A DNA stretch of 64,000 nucleotides from the human T2T-CHM13v2.0 reference genome, Homo sapiens, in assembly GCF_009914755.1 (NCBI RefSeq), contig NC_060931.1. The stretch is one strand, 5' to 3'. Of this stretch, positions 59,637 through 64,000 are shown piece by piece. A model generated the notes under the pieces. That model was not told the origin of the DNA. It was given only the letters and a program-made list of their open reading frames with translations, and ran no database searches. The position numbers were made by a program, and so were the translations under genes. The stretch's first letter is position 1, and the number at the start of each line of letters is the position of its first letter.

Positions 59637-60019
59637 CTATTTCAGTTTTCAGTCTGCTTTCTCCTCCCTTCGACTCTACCTGGGACATCAATCTACCTCC
59701 CCAGGCTACCCGGATAATTCTCTCATCACCTGGCTAATTCACACTCAGTCTTCAGTTTTTCTCGTCGACGTCGGCTCCTCAAGAAGCCCTCCCTGACCTA
59801 CTCCCCACCCCAAGTTTAGATCAGGTGCTCCCTCTGGGAGCCGGCTCAGGAGGCCTCTGCCTCCTCTTGGTTGTGCTGTAATCGCCCATTGGTCGCTTTC
59901 CTTTTCTAGACTGTGAACTCCACGAGGGCAAGAGGTAATCTTGTTCTCTCGTCCCCATCGCTTATGACACCGCCTGGAGCTTAGTAAGGGCTCAACATTT
60001 TGGAATAAATTCAAGGAGT

Positions 60020-61420
60020 GGCGTGTCCCCAGAGTAGCTGTGCTGGGCCGTGTGCCGCCCGCGCAACAGCTCCTATTTGGGGAATTCCAGCCTTAGGCCT
60101 CAGTCTCTCCGCAGCTGAGACTTGGGACTCTGTACCCGGGAGGCGCGCCCGCCGACTTGGGACCCGCCTCCAGGGTCCCAGAGCGACCCCGCCCGCCGGG
60201 GCCGTGTCCCTGCCGCGGGGCGGCGGCGGCTCCCAGGCAGGAGCCTGCGAGCAGGTGGGGGCGGCGGCCCCGCCTCCGCGTCCCGGCAGCACCAGAGCCG
60301 GTGGCCGGGGAGCGAGCCGGGCGCACCGAGCGCAGCTCGGCGGTAGCGGCGCCGCTTGGAGCACGGGCGCTGCGGGACGGAGCCCGGAGCCGGAGGCGGC
60401 GGCGGCGGAGACGTCGGCCGGAGCTCGAGTCCAGTCCAGCCCCCGGCTCCGCCACCTGCAGGTAGCGGCTTCCCGCGCGGGTGCGGGTCGGTGCCCGAGG
60501 GTGGAAGGAACGGGCGGTGTGGCGGCGGCCGCCCTGGTCGGTCCCGGAGCAGAGTGGCCCGGCCCGGGACAGAGATCCTGAGGGCGTGGGAGGGCCGGGG
60601 AACCCCCGCCGGGCTGCAGCCCCGGGCCCAGGAGGTTGTCGACGTGCCGCGCGGCGCTCACGCCCCCCACCCGCACCCTGCCACGCCGCCCCGGCCGGGC
60701 CGGGCCGGGCCGGGCGGAAACAAACCGCGGGGTGGGGAGCGAGGTCACCACGGGGTTGCTTGGTGACTTCTCCGGACTGGACTCCCCGGTGAGCAGCCCC
60801 TGGCACCGAGGCCGCCTCGGCCTGGTCCTTCGCGACGCTCTCTCTTCTCCGCTTCGCCCCCGGAACAAAAGGCTGGGGTCTCGCTGGGGAGGGGGCTGTC
60901 GCGGGAAGGGCTGGGGCGGAGTAAAAGAGAGCTAGGAAATTGCAGAGCCGGAGGTGGCTTGGGGAATACAGAAGGAGCCCCCTAGTGAGGAAGCCAACTC
61001 CAGAGATGTGAAGTGACTTGTCCAAGGTCACACAGCTCATGGGGACAGAGCGCAGGTCTCTGGACACCCCTCCCGTGCTCATCTCCAAGCCCCTGGGGTC
61101 AGTAGTCAGACTGTGCTCCAGCAATGTACATTTGGCCACAAATGGGTTTAGGGTCCTTTGGAGGATTAGGTGGTGGGTAGGTAGGTGGCAGAGCAGATTT
61201 CCCCCAGCCCCTGACACGCACTCTCTGAAGGTGGCGGGGAGGGCGGGCACCCGGCCGCCCTGGACCTGGAGGAGCGCCGCCCGGGCCCCGTGGGCAGGCA
61301 GGCACCGGCTCTCAGGAACAGCGCCTTTGGAGGGTGGCGTGCCAGCCGCGTGGGTGTGCCCGTGGCGGGCGCCGGGGCGGCGTGGGGACCGTGTGTGCGC
61401 CTCCCTCTGGAAAGAAGTTT
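60020..61420. promoter_or_regulatory. CpG island promoter
   Basis: Abrupt shift to very high GC and CpG content in a CpG-depleted background; GC boxes (ggggcgg, ccccgcc); no obvious TATA box. Confidence 0.95.
60280..60461 (+). other. Probable non-coding first exon of an unidentified + strand gene
   Basis: No ATG; follows GC boxes; GGC-rich 5'UTR-like text; ends at donor CAG|GTAGCG (60461/60462). The start position is a guess. Confidence 0.55.
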
Positions 61421-62473
61421 CTGCAGGGAAAGGCCAGGAGAGCGGTTCCATGCGCCCTGGGACAGTGTGGCCAATCCCTGACACTCAGGGCGCTTTGTAA
61501 CTGGCTGTACTGGGGAGGAAAGTTACTCTGTAGCAGGAAGTTAGGCTGTCTCTTCGCCTCTGTGCCTGGGGTCCTTGGCTGTAAATGAGGGCCTTGTTTG
61601 GCATGACCAGTGTGATTTAGAAGGTTTGTGCCCCTCCGCCTCCTCCTTTCCAGAATCTTTTCTCACTTCACAGGGAGGACTGGGAGTGCACTTCTTGTGC
61701 CCAGCATTAATAGTTATCACTGGGACTCCTGCCTCCCTTCAATTTTTTTTAACTTTATCATTACGAAAGAGGTCAGAGGAGAGGTTGTTTTTGGGCCTTG
61801 CAAGGAGATAAACTCCAGGTCAATACCTGGACAGGACATGAGGGAGGCTTCTGGGATGCTAGAAATGCTTCTCACCTTGACCTAAGAATTACTGAAGTTA
61901 TACCCTTGAGACTTGTGCACTTAACGTAAATTCTACCTCAGTGAAAAAGTAAATAAAAATGTGATGCTAAAGTCCACTCATTGTGGTAACACACAGATTG
62001 CTGCAGTTTTCCAGCTAATGCATTTCAAAGATACATTTAAAAACCACAAAAACCAAATCAGAAAAGAAGTGGCGAGGAGGGGCAAAAGAAAGTTAAGAAG
62101 TAACTGGAAATGAAACATACACTGCAGATGCCTTTATGTGCATCACCTCCTGTGATTCGCAGCAATTCTTTAACAGAGATATTGTTATTGTGCCTTTTTT
62201 ACAGATGAGAAAATAAAAGGTCACAGAGGTTAAATTACTTACTCAGGGTAACAGCCTGGGCACACAGACTTCAAATTCTAGACAGGCAACCTTCAACAGG
62301 CAATTTGTGGCCACCTGAATCGGGGCAGAGCGGTCAGGGTGACAGACACTTGTAGGCTGGCTTCCTGCCATTGCCCCCTTTTTGTTCCTTTAGGAGTCTC
62401 TGTTTTCACGTAATTGTGAGTGTGACATTGTGTCACAGATTGCAGTTACCCAGCAGCAGAAGGAATGGAGGAA

Positions 62474-62498
62474 GTGTGTGTGTGTGTGTGTGTGTGTG
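62474..62498. repeat. (TG)n microsatellite
   Basis: Direct reading. Confidence 0.95.
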
Positions 62499-64000
62499 TC
62501 TAAGAACATACAGTTATAAGAACAGGGGAAAGCCAGCTGGTCTAGCCTGGCAACGCTCTTTTTAGGAGACTTATTGTTCAGAAACCATATAGTACAGGTT
62601 GCGAGTTTGCAGTCACTCCAACACATACACAAAGAATAAAGAATATAACCTAGGAAAGATCCGAGAAAACAAAATGTGATTAACAGTAGAGGGAAACATA
62701 GAATTTTCACCAGGATGGCAGTCAACTTTTTTACATTCTAGAATTTATAAATATGTTTATTAATGTTGAAGTTTTTAAAAAAGAAACCTACACAAATAAC
62801 TCAGCAAAAGGAAGGAAATGTGTTTTCTAGCAAATGTGTTATAAATATTTAATATATATGAACTTTGGTGCAGAAATATTTGAAACATTAGGGTACAGTA
62901 GCCTTAAATCTACGGAGAAATCCTGAGAACTTTGTCCTGATGTGTGGTCTTCTAGTGATTTTATTTTTCTGCCTAATATTCCGAACTTAAAGAGGTAGAA
63001 ACGTCTTTGTTTTACCACCAGTTTCAAGTTGCAGAGTTGAATGTTTGTCTTAGGAAGTTTTGGTGTAAAGAACGTGGGTTAAGGGGAGCAATTTAGAAAT
63101 AGCTCTGGGTGAGTCCCCTCAGCCCAGTGCCATCGAGCATGGTTCTGCATCACAAAGTTATCTTTAGGCAAGTTTGCCTTGTCACAGTGGTGCTTCTGCC
63201 ATCTGGCTGCTGGAATATTTAGAAAAGAATCGTAATGTTTGACTGACTTTGCCGACAGCATGACAAAACAAACTTCGAGGGGAACTATTAAATATGAGTT
63301 AGGGTTGGTGAGAAAGTGATTAATTGCTTTTTATTTAGCCACTGTACAAAACCGAAGAGGCATGCCTTTCCCCAGCCGATGCTGGGCAGGGGCAGCACAC
63401 GTGTTTTCTCACTGGCTTCAGCCAGTAGGGCACTTGAAACTCCCCTTTTGCAATTCTAGCTGCGTCTTTCCTTAGACCTGTTCAAGAGGGAACCCGACCA
63501 TTATGCAGCAGGGGAATTGTGTAGTGAACTGCGGTGTTCAAGTGCCAAGGAGGTAAACTAAAGCAGAGTAAACGTGACAAAAATGCCCAGCGGGCATTAT
63601 GTGGGCCAGGCACTGTGGAGGAAGATTTTCAAGTGCATCTTGAAGGAATGTTCATCCTATGTGGGTGGTGTTTTCCAGCTAACACCGCATCTAGGATGGT
63701 GGCATCCAGGAGAGAGTGCCAGGCCTGCGCATGGACTGTGAGAGTCAGCTCTTGGTTAGCTAGGAGGAGGCAGTAGCCAGTCTCAGTGCTTGAGTTTCTG
63801 AGGACGTGTGTCTGTGTGAGTACACATGTGTGTCTGAGCAAGGTGCCCAGGTTGCCATCCACTGTTCCTTAAGAGCTAATGACTAGCTAGCCCTGCCCGG
63901 GGCTAGGCTAAGAGCTTTATATGTAGGACATCACTACAGCAGCCCTATAGGGAGCTGATTCTTCATACTCCTTTATCAAAGGGGAGACAGAAGCCGAAGG

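Noticed and set aside
60011-61500. Long overlapping ORFs in the CpG island (463, 285, 187 aa and others)
   Set aside because: Pro/Arg/Gly/Ala-rich frames on both strands are expected from stop-codon scarcity in GC-rich DNA; no recognisable domain.

Overview
Primate (human-like) genomic DNA dominated by repeats, with no confidently identifiable host protein-coding exon. Almost all ORFs in the supplied track are Alu, L1, LTR, microsatellite or GC-rich artefacts. Main contents: (1) a complete 7.5-kb HERV-H provirus (38834-46329, +) with two 400-bp LTR7-type LTRs (9 differences by my count), GTTGC target-site duplication (TSD), tRNA-His PBS, a deleted pol and an unusually retained full-length but broken env; (2) a very old, degraded provirus on the - strand (~11180-15370) combining ERV-L (class III) pol motifs with a gamma-type env; (3) an MLT2 LTR whose (TA)n tract has captured two copies of neighbouring DNA, one direct and one inverted; (4) solo LTRs (LTR1-like x2, MER41A, MLT1/MST), L1 and L2 fragments, MER53 and about 25 Alus; (5) a CpG-island promoter (~60.0-61.4 kb) with a probable non-coding first exon of a + strand gene I cannot name. 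I found no wholly new multi-gene system. The best leads are the HERV-H SU-only ORF and its LTR7/splice donor aimed at the downstream gene, the templated insertions, and the chimeric ERV-L. Subfamily names come from recalled consensus sequences, not from a search.
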